A stretch of 64,000 bases of DNA from Clostridia bacterium (lineage in GTDB: Bacteria > Bacillota > Clostridia > Oscillospirales > CAG-272): contig JAFUNF010000018.1 of NCBI GenBank assembly GCA_017473085.1, positions 11,886 to 75,885 on the forward strand. The letters are read 5' to 3'. This document shows positions 26,214 through 35,321 of the stretch, one piece after another. Each line of letters begins with the position of its first letter. Positions within the stretch are counted from its first letter, which is position 1. Below the pieces are notes generated by a model. It was not told the origin of the DNA. It searched no databases and was given only the letters and a program-made list of their open reading frames with translations. Both the position numbers and the translations under genes were made by a program.

Positions 26214-26320
26214 AACACCTCATCCACCGCGAGTGGTCCCCCTTTTTTTTCCGAAACAGGAACCCTTTTGTCGCTTTGCGACATTTCCCCTAACAGGGGA
26301 ATCGCCTCAAGGGTAATGCC
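26214..26320. repeat. ACCTCATCC mosaic repeat, copy R4 (with extra hairpins)
   Basis: aacacctcatccaccgcgagtggtccccctt, then gtcgc-ttt-gcgac, tcccct-aac-agggga, and cctcaagggtaatgcc. Confidence 0.5.
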
Positions 26321-26388
26321 TACTTTCATCGTAAGTATTAGTTTAACATATTTTTATAATTTTGTAAAGTAGTTTTAAATATTTGTAC

Positions 26389-26417
26389 TTGCATAAATAA
26401 ATCTTTTGTGATATACT
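26389..26417 (+). promoter_or_regulatory. sigma-A type promoter for the glmU-like gene
   Basis: TTGCAT, 17 nt, TATACT. Confidence 0.4.
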
Positions 26418-26473
26418 CATAATGGTTAATTATGCGAACTAACAAGTTAAATACTAAAAAGGAGGCTTTTTCT

Positions 26474-27652
26474 ATGAGCAACCAAAAGAAATTATACATG
26501 GTAATTTGTGACCTTGACCCTGTTGCCTACTTGCCCGAGGGTAAGAAAACTCTTGTTTTCGGCTCCCCTATTTATGAGCATACTTACAGAAAAATAAAGG
26601 ACGCATCAAACAAGCTTGGCTTGGACGTAGAGTTTGTACGCGCCTCTGCCTGCGATATACCAAATACAAAAACACGCATAAGTCCTGCCTTTGATGACAT
26701 TGTAGTTTTTGCCTCTCCCCTTGGCTTCCTTGCAAGCAACAAGGATATTGAGGGTGCTATTGACTACGTAGTAAAATCCGATGTGGGCTACGCAACGGTT
26801 GGTAGCTTAAGAAGTCTTTACCTATCGGTAGGTCAAGGAAAAATGCTTACCGATGGCGAAATTACCTCTTGTGCAGGTCTTGTTGCCTCAATCAACGCAA
26901 GTGGGTCCAAAACCTTCCCATCTCACTTTGCAGACAGCGAAAAGTCTGTACCTGCATCAAAGCTTGATTTTTATAAGAAAATAGACACGTATCGCCACGA
27001 AATGTTAGATTATTTAGTTATGAGTGGTGTTGAAATTGAGTCAAGAGAAGGTGTTTTTGTTTCCCCTGTAACCGAAATTCATCGTGGTGTTAAGCTACTT
27101 ACAGGCTCAATTATTAAGGACGGCTCCAAAATTGGCGAGGGTGCTGTAATCGGACCAAGCTCTTATATTGAATGCTCCGAAATCGGAGAAGGTGCACATG
27201 TTGTTCAATCCAGAATAATAAATTCAAGCATTGAGCATAATGCAAAGGTTGGACCATACTCGTCACTAAATGATAAATGCCATATTCTTACGGAAGCAAT
27301 TGTTGGCTCCTTCTGTGAATTAAGAGGCACAACTGTCAGCACAGGCTCAATCGTTTCCTCTCACTGCGTTCTTTCCTATACAGATATAGACCAAAAATGC
27401 TTAATAGGTAGTGGTGTTGTAACCGTTGACTTTGAAAGCAAGAGCAAGAGCAATCGTGTAAAGATAGGCATGGGTACAGTAATTGGTAGCAACTCTACCC
27501 TTATTTCTCCTATCAACATTGGTATGAACGCATTCATCGGTGCAGGCTCAACTATTACCGACGACGTGCCACACGGAGCTCTCGGTATTGCAAGAGAGTA
27601 TCAGTCCAACCACGATGGCTGGGCAAAGCGCAATAGTAATTCGAAGTACTAA
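26474..27652 (+). CDS. GlmU-like protein: intact left-handed beta-helix acetyltransferase domain, degenerate N-terminal nucleotidyltransferase-like domain
   Basis: The C-terminal hexapeptide repeats ending IGAGSTITDDVPHGALGIAREYQSNHDGWAKR resemble GlmU. The N-terminus lacks the LAAGxGTRM signature. Sits in the glmU position upstream of pth-mfd. ATG 26474 with RBS AAGGAGG is preferred. Confidence 0.6.
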   Translation: MSNQKKLYMVICDLDPVAYLPEGKKTLVFGSPIYEHTYRKIKDASNKLGLDVEFVRASACDIPNTKTRISPAFDDIVVFASPLGFLASNKDIEGAIDYVVKSDVGYATVGSLRSLYLSVGQGKMLTDGEITSCAGLVASINASGSKTFPSHFADSEKSVPASKLDFYKKIDTYRHEMLDYLVMSGVEIESREGVFVSPVTEIHRGVKLLTGSIIKDGSKIGEGAVIGPSSYIECSEIGEGAHVVQSRIINSSIEHNAKVGPYSSLNDKCHILTEAIVGSFCELRGTTVSTGSIVSSHCVLSYTDIDQKCLIGSGVVTVDFESKSKSNRVKIGMGTVIGSNSTLISPINIGMNAFIGAGSTITDDVPHGALGIAREYQSNHDGWAKRNSNSKY

Positions 27653-27661
27653 GGTGGTAAA

Positions 27662-28288
27662 ATGGCAAATATATTCGACTTGTTCAAGCAAATAGAAGCA
27701 AAGCCACAAGCAAGCATTACCCACTTGGTTGTAGGGCTTGGCAACCCTGAGAGCAAATACACCTACACAAGACATAATGCAGGCTTTTTGGCAATAGACT
27801 ATCTATGTAGCAAAATTGGTGCTAAGTGCGACAGGCTTAAGTTTAAGGCACTTATCGGCGAGGCAACAATTGGAGGTGTAAGAGTCCTTTTAATGAAGCC
27901 TCAAACCTATATGAACCTCTCTGGTGAGGCAGTAATTGAAGCCTCAAGCTTCTATAAAATCCCACCTGAAAACATAATAGTTTTGTCCGACGACACCTCC
28001 CTTGATGTAGGCAGAATGCGTATAAGAAAGAGTGGCTCAGCAGGTGGTCACAACGGCTTAAAAAACATTATTGAGCATTTAAAAACAGACACGTTCCCAA
28101 GGATAAAGTTAGGAGTTGGTCAAAAGCCACCCCACTACGATATGGTGGATTGGGTCCTTGGCAGACTGACCGAGGATGATGAAAAAAAGCAAATTGAAAT
28201 AATCAAGCTTGTGCCAGATGCACTTGAGCTTATGCTTAAGGGCGAGGTTGAAAAGGCTATGTGCGATTATAACGGAGTAATAAAATAA
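27662..28288 (+). CDS. pth: peptidyl-tRNA hydrolase
   Basis: LVVGLGNPESKYTYTRHNAGF and GHNGLKNI motifs. Confidence 0.9.
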   Translation: MANIFDLFKQIEAKPQASITHLVVGLGNPESKYTYTRHNAGFLAIDYLCSKIGAKCDRLKFKALIGEATIGGVRVLLMKPQTYMNLSGEAVIEASSFYKIPPENIIVLSDDTSLDVGRMRIRKSGSAGGHNGLKNIIEHLKTDTFPRIKLGVGQKPPHYDMVDWVLGRLTEDDEKKQIEIIKLVPDALELMLKGEVEKAMCDYNGVIK

Positions 28289-28431
28289 ACAAATGCCACT
28301 TCCTAAAAAGTGGCACTCTGTGTTTGTTTTTCCATATTAATTAGAAAAAATACCATCAGGTTAACACTCGCCCATGTTGCGTTTGTTAGCCTTTTCGGTC
28401 CCTTAAAATAAATTTAAGAAAGGAAAAGGAT

Positions 28432-31400
28432 ATGAAGGATTTTTTAACAAGAATTATTAAGCTTTCTCCCAAGTACAAGGAGCTTGTCCAAAGACTTGAC
28501 GAGCTAAAGAAATCAGGCTTACAATTGCCTCTTTTAGTTGATGGTGTCAGTGAGGGGGCACTCTACGCTCTTTCCGCCTCGCTTGTTGAGGATATACGCA
28601 AAAAATACAACCAAACTATTTTGTTTTTGGTAAGCGACGAAAGACAGGCAAACAAGCTAAATGATTTTTTTAACAAAATAGGCTTAAAAAGTGAGTTTTA
28701 CCAAACAAGAGACTTTAATTTTTACGATATAACTGCCTCTCACGAGCTTGAGCACGAAAGACTAAAAATTTTAGCAGGTATTCTTAATTCCTCCCTTGAC
28801 GTAGTTTTAACCACGCCTGATGCGTCAATTCAATTGACTATGCCACCTAAGACTCTTGAAGCAAAGTCCTTGATAATCGACCAAGGCTCAGAGATTAATA
28901 TGAAATCTCTTGCCTCACAGCTTTATAGCTTAGGCTACACTCAATGTGATGTGGTCGAAAGTGCAGGTCAATACTCTATGCGTGGAGATATTATTGATTT
29001 ATTCCCTACAAGCTGTGAATATGTAATTAATGGAAGGACCTACACTGAGCAAAATCCAATTAGAATTGAGCTTTTTGGTGACGAAATTGACCGTATGGCA
29101 ATTTTTGATATTCAAAGCCAAAGAATGACAAGCCAAATTGAATGCTTCTCCATTACCCCCTCAAGAGAAATTATAGCAACCCCTGACCAGCTTGACCAAA
29201 TTAAGCTTGAATTAGAAAAGCTACTTGTGGGCAATACCTCTGAAAGCTCAATTGCTGAGCTTAAAAGAGAGCTTGCCTCTCTTACCTCAAAGGATTCCTC
29301 TTATCCTTTCTTTGACAAGCTTATTTCCCTTATTTACCCTCAAGGTGCTTGTCTGCTTGACTATTTTCCCAAGGGCTGTGTGTCTATTTTGTGCGATGCT
29401 AACCTTATTTCCAAGCGTGCCAAGGAGGCACAGGACGTTGAAAACGAGCTTGCTAAGACTCTTATTGATAATAGCTTAATTCCATCGAAATATGCAATTT
29501 TCTCTGCCCCTGTGTCTAAAATCGACCTATTTATTAAGGATTCCTATCCTATTCATATCGACCAATTTATAATGTCAAGGTTAGATGCAGTTGGTGGTAT
29601 TTATAGCTTTAACACAAAGGGCTCTCATTCGGCAAATCACTCCTTGTCCTCAGTTATGGAGGAGCTTACCTATTTTTATGAAAATAAGTATTCAATTGCC
29701 CTTGTTTGTCAAACTGATGCCGAGGCAAAAAATGCAGTTTCCGTTCTTAACAACGAGGGCATTTCTGCCCACTTTATGAAGGATGGTGCCTTAATCAAGG
29801 GCTCCGTTGCAGTTACCTGTGACACCTTCCCTGAGGGCTTTGAGCTTCCTACCTGTCATCTTGCTTTAGTTGTCCTTTCCTCAAAGCGAGCTCTTGATAA
29901 GAAGAAATCAAAAAAGACCAGTGGCAAAAAGGTAGATGCAAGCCAAAAGATCCTCTCCTATCAAGACCTTAACGTAGGCGACTACGTTGTGCACGAAAAG
30001 TATGGTATAGGTAAATATTTAGGCATACAAAACCTATGCACAATGGGTGCCCATCGAGATTATATCACTATTCAGTATTCAGGCTCCGATAAGCTTTATC
30101 TTCCAGTTGACCAGCTTGATATGGTATCAAGATATATCGGTGCCTCGTCCTCAACTGGCGAGGTGCGTCTATCCAAAATGGGTGGTGCCGATTGGAAAAG
30201 AGCTAAATCTAAGGCTAAAGCCTCTGCTAAGGATATGGCAAAGGAGCTGATTGAGCTTTATGCACGCAGAACAAGAATGAACGGCTTTGCCTTCTTGCCT
30301 GACGATATTATGGAAATCGACTTTGATTCATCCTTCGAATACGATGAAACGGAAAGCCAATTGTTAGCTATCAGCGAAATTAAGAGTGATATGGAAAAGC
30401 CCTATCCTATGGACAGAGTTCTTTGTGGCGACGTAGGCTATGGTAAAACCGAGGTTGCCTTTCGTGCCGCTATGAAGGCAGTAGCCAACAACAAGCAGGT
30501 TGCCATTATGGTGCCAACCACTATTTTGGCTATGCAACATTATCAAACTGCTCTTTCTCGCTTTGCAGGTACAGGTGTAAACATTGATATGCTCACTCGC
30601 TTCCGTACAGCAAAGGAGCAAAAATCTATACTCAATATGCTAAGGCGTGGAGACCTTGATATTATAATAGGAACACACAAGCTTCTTAGCAAGTCAATTC
30701 AATTTAAGGACTTAGGACTTTTAATCATTGACGAGGAGCAACGCTTTGGTGTTGCTCAAAAGGAAAAGCTGAAGCAAGCCTTCCCTTACGTTGACGTGCT
30801 TACTCTTTCTGCGACCCCTATTCCAAGAACTCTTTCAATGGCTATGGGTGGTATTCGTGACCTTTCTATTCTTGATGAATCCCCCGAGGGACGTGTAGGC
30901 ACTCAAACCTACGTTATGGAGCACGACGACAATATAATTAACGATGCAATCAAGCGTGAGCTACATCGCGGAGGACAGGTTTTCTATCTTGTAAACAACA
31001 TTGATACAGTCTACTACACTGCCGACAAGCTACAAAAGGTATTTCCCAATGCAAGCATAGCGGTAGGTCACGGTCAGATGGACAAGGACAGCCTTGAGCA
31101 AATCTGGCACAATTTAGTTGTAGGCGAAATTGATATTTTAGTTTGCACAACAATTATAGAAACAGGAATTGATATTCCAAATGCAAACACTCTGATTATA
31201 GAAAACGCAGACACAATGGGACTTTCTCAGCTCCATCAAATTCGTGGTCGCGTTGGAAGAAGCCACCGACGTGCCTACGCCTTCTTTACCTATCGTGCAT
31301 ACAAGGGGCTATCCGACATTTCAAGAAAAAGACTTAGCGCCATTCGTGATTTTGCAGAGTTTGGTGCAGGCTTTAAAATTGCTATGCGTGACCTTGAAAT

Positions 31401-31974
31401 CCGAGGTGCTGGTAACCTTTTAGGCTCTGCTCAGCACGGACATCTTGATGCAGTTGGCTACGACCTTTATATCAGACTTCTTAACGAGGCAGTACTTGAG
31501 GAAAAGGGTCAATTGCCAGTACCTAAGAAGGAAACAGTCTTTACAGTTTCCTCTGATGCCTTTTTGCCCGAAAGATATGTTAAAGCGTCCTCTCAAAGAA
31601 TGGAGCTTTACAAAAGAATTGCCCACATTGAAAACGAAATCGAACGAAAAGAGCTTGACGATGAAATCACAGACCGCTTTGGCAAAATGCCACCAGAGGC
31701 GAAAATGCTTACCTCGGTTGCCCTTGTCAAGGCTTACGCCTCACAGGCAGATATACGCAAGGTTGAACAGCTTCGTGGAGAAATTCGCATTTATCCGAAT
31801 AGCACTAAGCTTAAGGCTTTACAGGCAGTTTCTGTTTTCGACAAGGAAAACGTACGCATAAAGGGCATTAACGAATCTCCCTATATTGCTGTTGCCTACG
31901 ACCCAGCTACCGATTTTTCCGACAGATGTGTGGCAGTTTTAAAGCATTATATCAATGCTCTTAATCAGGAATAG
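28432..31974 (+). CDS. mfd: transcription-repair coupling factor
   Basis: 1180 aa. UvrB-homology N-terminus, CarD-like domain (GDYVVHEKYGIGKY), and superfamily-2 helicase motifs (GDVGYGKTEVA, DEEQRFG). Confidence 0.9.
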   Translation: MKDFLTRIIKLSPKYKELVQRLDELKKSGLQLPLLVDGVSEGALYALSASLVEDIRKKYNQTILFLVSDERQANKLNDFFNKIGLKSEFYQTRDFNFYDITASHELEHERLKILAGILNSSLDVVLTTPDASIQLTMPPKTLEAKSLIIDQGSEINMKSLASQLYSLGYTQCDVVESAGQYSMRGDIIDLFPTSCEYVINGRTYTEQNPIRIELFGDEIDRMAIFDIQSQRMTSQIECFSITPSREIIATPDQLDQIKLELEKLLVGNTSESSIAELKRELASLTSKDSSYPFFDKLISLIYPQGACLLDYFPKGCVSILCDANLISKRAKEAQDVENELAKTLIDNSLIPSKYAIFSAPVSKIDLFIKDSYPIHIDQFIMSRLDAVGGIYSFNTKGSHSANHSLSSVMEELTYFYENKYSIALVCQTDAEAKNAVSVLNNEGISAHFMKDGALIKGSVAVTCDTFPEGFELPTCHLALVVLSSKRALDKKKSKKTSGKKVDASQKILSYQDLNVGDYVVHEKYGIGKYLGIQNLCTMGAHRDYITIQYSGSDKLYLPVDQLDMVSRYIGASSSTGEVRLSKMGGADWKRAKSKAKASAKDMAKELIELYARRTRMNGFAFLPDDIMEIDFDSSFEYDETESQLLAISEIKSDMEKPYPMDRVLCGDVGYGKTEVAFRAAMKAVANNKQVAIMVPTTILAMQHYQTALSRFAGTGVNIDMLTRFRTAKEQKSILNMLRRGDLDIIIGTHKLLSKSIQFKDLGLLIIDEEQRFGVAQKEKLKQAFPYVDVLTLSATPIPRTLSMAMGGIRDLSILDESPEGRVGTQTYVMEHDDNIINDAIKRELHRGGQVFYLVNNIDTVYYTADKLQKVFPNASIAVGHGQMDKDSLEQIWHNLVVGEIDILVCTTIIETGIDIPNANTLIIENADTMGLSQLHQIRGRVGRSHRRAYAFFTYRAYKGLSDISRKRLSAIRDFAEFGAGFKIAMRDLEIRGAGNLLGSAQHGHLDAVGYDLYIRLLNEAVLEEKGQLPVPKKETVFTVSSDAFLPERYVKASSQRMELYKRIAHIENEIERKELDDEITDRFGKMPPEAKMLTSVALVKAYASQADIRKVEQLRGEIRIYPNSTKLKALQAVSVFDKENVRIKGINESPYIAVAYDPATDFSDRCVAVLKHYINALNQE

Positions 31975-32061
31975 CCTACACAAAAAAAGTAACAATTATT
32001 TAATAGACTTTTTTAATCGTGTATGCTACAATGGTTTTAATATAAAAACTCAGGAGACAAA

Positions 32062-33303
32062 ATGAAACGAATACTAACTAAATTTCTCATTCTTGCCCTT
32101 TGCCTTTCTATGATCCTTCCTTGCCTTTATTCCTGTGGCAATAATCAGGACGTTTATAGGTTAGGTGCCTATTCAATTAAGGAGGACGAATATCATTATC
32201 TTTTAGGTATGCAAAAAATGCAGGCGCTAAAGTCCCTCGGATATAGTGAAGAGGATATTGACCTTGAAATACAACAGGGCTATACCTTAGGAGATTATAT
32301 CGACGCAGCTTATTCCAGCCAGTTCGAGCAATCTGTTTTGACTCTTCTTTTCTCTGTTGCACTTTTTGACGAGTACCAGCTTACAATCAGCGATGAGAAA
32401 AGAAACACCTCAAACGAAATCATAGACACTCTTTTGACCTACTATGGTGGCTATTCAGAGAAATTTCTTGATAAAAGGCTTGACTCCTTAGGCTACAAGT
32501 TTACAACTGATACTCTAAGACGTGTTTACGAAATGCAAATGAAGCAGGGTGCAGTTATTGAGCACCTTTATGGTAGCAATTACGAAAAGCTAACAGATAG
32601 CGAAAAGGAAAGCTTTTGCAACGATTACTATATGCACTTTCAGGTTATTGTAGTAAATACTCTTTATAAAAGCCACACCGACTCAAATGGTAAAACCACC
32701 TATGTAAATCTTACACAGGACGAGATAAACGTGCAAAAGCGTATAGTTACTGAGCTTACAGAGCTTTTAGTAAACGACAACAAGGACTTTAACTATATAA
32801 TCATCGACCCCACCCTTTCCTACGAGGAGCTTTGGGAAAAATACTCTGACGATACTCTATATAAGCAGGGCTACTTTATGAAAAAGCCTGTGTCCTCTCA
32901 GCTTGCAAGCTCTCAAACACTTGCAACTGCCCTTGCATTGAAAACAGGGGACTGTGGAGTTGTCCCAGCCAAAAGATATTTTGATGGTAATGGCTCCATA
33001 ACCACCGAAAATGGTGAGGAGCAAATAAATGCAGGGGACTATTTCGAATATGGCTCTGCCTTCATCAAAAAGTTAGATATGGAAAAGGACGCATACACAA
33101 AGGAGGAAAACAAGGACTTTTTCTTCCCTGAGGGCTCAAACACCTTCAACCAACAGGCTTGTCAAAGTGCCTTTTATCAAAGACTAAAGGCTTACGAAAA
33201 GGAAAGCTCCATAGTGGTTGAGGTTTCTAACAAAAAGGACCAGTACACCATTAGTAGCTCAAAGGCAAACGAGCTTGATTATTACTATTTCTTTGGCGAC
33301 TAA
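32062..33303 (+). CDS. putative lipoprotein, function unknown
   Basis: Signal peptide with a lipobox-like LYSCGN. 413 aa. No catalytic motif recognised. Confidence 0.55.
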   Translation: MKRILTKFLILALCLSMILPCLYSCGNNQDVYRLGAYSIKEDEYHYLLGMQKMQALKSLGYSEEDIDLEIQQGYTLGDYIDAAYSSQFEQSVLTLLFSVALFDEYQLTISDEKRNTSNEIIDTLLTYYGGYSEKFLDKRLDSLGYKFTTDTLRRVYEMQMKQGAVIEHLYGSNYEKLTDSEKESFCNDYYMHFQVIVVNTLYKSHTDSNGKTTYVNLTQDEINVQKRIVTELTELLVNDNKDFNYIIIDPTLSYEELWEKYSDDTLYKQGYFMKKPVSSQLASSQTLATALALKTGDCGVVPAKRYFDGNGSITTENGEEQINAGDYFEYGSAFIKKLDMEKDAYTKEENKDFFFPEGSNTFNQQACQSAFYQRLKAYEKESSIVVEVSNKKDQYTISSSKANELDYYYFFGD

Positions 33304-33540
33304 GCCTTCCCCCAAGGGAAATGAAATCCACCTGTGGTGGATGAAATCGCTATGCGATGAAATCGTTACACGATGAAATCCTTGCTCTACAAGGATGAAA
33401 AAGCCGACACAGTGTCGGCTTTTTTAGTTTCATTCGACGTTAGGCGAATTTCAAGCACGACGAAGTCGTGTATTTCAAGCTAACTTCAGTTAGCATTTCA
33501 AGTGCGTTTCAACGCACATTTCATTCACCGAAGGTGTAGT
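33301..33540. repeat. mirror-symmetric hairpin-linker array (ATGAAAT half, terminator, ATTTCAW half)
   Basis: Left half: ccacc-tgt-ggtgg, cgc-tat-gcg, cgt-tac-acg and cctt-gctctac-aagg, joined by ATGAAAT. Centre: agccgacac-a-gtgtcggct with A/T runs. Right half: cacgac-gaa-gtcgtg, ctaac-ttca-gttag, tgcg-tttcaa-cgca and cacc-gaa-ggtg, joined by ATTTCAAG or ATTTCAT. Confidence 0.8.
33397..33425. terminator. bidirectional terminator at the centre of the array
   Basis: aaaaagccgacacagtgtcggcttttt. Confidence 0.8.
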
Positions 33541-33543
33541 CTT

Positions 33544-34260
33544 TTACTTCTTATCTTTAGCTACTCCACTTGACAGGAATCTAATTGCTCGTTCAACTGA
33601 GTCCTTGGAGTCGTACCAAGGCTCGTTGTCGTAGCGATAGTCAAACTTCTTGCAAAACCAAGAAACGTCATTTTTAAGCTTTTCAAGGTATGCGTTTTGA
33701 ATTTCCTGCACGTCCTTTGAAAGCTCTGCTTGCTTTTTCTTGTCAAGCTTCGCTGTTGCAAGAATCATAAATCTTTCATAGTGAGGCAGGCAGAAGCATT
33801 TTTGTCCCTTTAGCTTTTGCTTAAAGTCCACGTCGTAGGCGTATAGCAAAACTGCAGTTTCAAGCATTCTTGAGAAGTTATACTCAATTCGCTCGCAAAT
33901 ATAACAGCTTTTGCCAAGCCCTGTGGCTGTTTTTATAGATTTTTTAGTCTGGGTGCCTATTAGCTTTGAAAGGAAATTGCCCTTCATTTTGCCCTTGATC
34001 GTGTCAATATGGCTTTCCAGAATTAAGGCTAAGGACAAGCGATTATTTTTTTCTATCATTTGCTCAAAGTGGTCCTTGCAAAAGCCCTTTTCGTTTGTTT
34101 GTATTCTTGTGTTAGGCTCCATCATTGAGGGTCCAAGTGCTAATTCCACCTCTTTTTTCTCCAGCTTGTCAAAAAGCTTGCAGAAGGGACACTCATAGCC
34201 CTTTGTATCTCTTGCCTCCTCAAAGGCTTCATTTACAGGTATTGTATAAATTTGCTCCAT
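33544..34260 (-). CDS. Cys-rich hypothetical protein (two CxxC pairs; possibly the DUF6062 type)
   Basis: 238-aa ORF with CPFC...C...H and CYIC...CLPH arrangements. The family name is from memory only. Confidence 0.55.
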   Translation of the reverse strand: MEQIYTIPVNEAFEEARDTKGYECPFCKLFDKLEKKEVELALGPSMMEPNTRIQTNEKGFCKDHFEQMIEKNNRLSLALILESHIDTIKGKMKGNFLSKLIGTQTKKSIKTATGLGKSCYICERIEYNFSRMLETAVLLYAYDVDFKQKLKGQKCFCLPHYERFMILATAKLDKKKQAELSKDVQEIQNAYLEKLKNDVSWFCKKFDYRYDNEPWYDSKDSVERAIRFLSSGVAKDKK

Positions 34261-34355
34261 ATTTTTTCCTTTCGGTTATTTTTGGTACTTGATTTAATTT
34301 AATTATAACTGTATAATTAAGATAATGCAATACTTTTTTAAGGAGTGGTAAAATT

Positions 34356-35231
34356 TTGACTATTAAGGAATATAAGGAAAAAGGTCTTGACGTGGTTTAT
34401 CTTTGCCACATTCCTACCCTTAGTCTTGAAAAAAGCTTCGATTGTGGGCAATGCTTTAGGTTTGATGCCGTGTCCCTTTTTAATCACAAATCACAGGTGG
34501 GTGGAGTTGCCCTTGGCAAATACGTTGTCTTTGCGCAGGACAACGAAAACGAGCTTTACATATATGGGGCTACTAAGGAGGACTACTACAATATTTGGGA
34601 AAAATACTTATCCCTTGACGTTGATTATGAAAAAAAGCACACATGCCTTTTATCCCTTAAAAATGCTCATTTGGAAAAGGCAATCTCAATGGGAAATGGT
34701 ATCAGGATATTAAGACAGGACTCTTGGGAGGCACTTTGTAGCTTTATTATCTCTCAAAACAATAATATACCCAGAATTAAGAAAATTATTTCCTCACTTT
34801 GCCAAAAATATGGTGAAAAAATAGAATTTTTGGGTAGCGAGCATTATACCTTCCCTACCTACAAAGCACTTTATGAGGCAGGAGTTGAGGGACTTTTTGA
34901 TCTAAAAACAGGCTTTCGTGCAAAATATATTTTTGATGCCTGTAAAACCCTTTTAGAAAATGAAGGCTTTCTTGAAAGCGTAAAAAATGCAGACTTTACA
35001 CGTGCTCAGGAATTGCTATGCAAAATCAACGGAGTCGGTCCAAAGGTGGCAGGATGTGTCTTGCTTTTCGGCTTTGACAGGGGCGAGGGCTTCCCTGTTG
35101 ACGTACATATTAAAAGAACTCTTGAAAAGTATTTCCCTAAGGGGCTTGACGTTTCCCTTTTAGGAGATAGTGCAGGCTTATGTCAGCAATATTTATTCTA
35201 TTATGAAAGATATTTAAGCGAAGATGCTTGA
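34356..35231 (+). CDS. ogg: 8-oxoguanine DNA glycosylase / HhH-GPD family N-glycosylase (Ogg type)
   Basis: HhH-GPD region INGVGPKVAGCVLLFGF...FPVDVHIKR. TTG start with RBS AAGGAG. Confidence 0.75.
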   Translation: MTIKEYKEKGLDVVYLCHIPTLSLEKSFDCGQCFRFDAVSLFNHKSQVGGVALGKYVVFAQDNENELYIYGATKEDYYNIWEKYLSLDVDYEKKHTCLLSLKNAHLEKAISMGNGIRILRQDSWEALCSFIISQNNNIPRIKKIISSLCQKYGEKIEFLGSEHYTFPTYKALYEAGVEGLFDLKTGFRAKYIFDACKTLLENEGFLESVKNADFTRAQELLCKINGVGPKVAGCVLLFGFDRGEGFPVDVHIKRTLEKYFPKGLDVSLLGDSAGLCQQYLFYYERYLSEDA

Positions 35232-35321
35232 ATTTATCAATCTGCTCTTGACTAAATATAAAAATTAGGCTATAATTTGAATAGTCCTTAAGGACTAAAT
35301 ATTTCTATTTGAGGTAAAATT

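Noticed and set aside
26207-26243. T-box-like word on the minus strand (GGTGGATGAGGTGTTACCGCGG resembles GGTGGTACCGCG) upstream of gdpP.
   Set aside because: There is no stem I, specifier loop or antiterminator/terminator architecture. The word is part of the dispersed ACCTCATCC repeat family that also occurs at non-leader positions.
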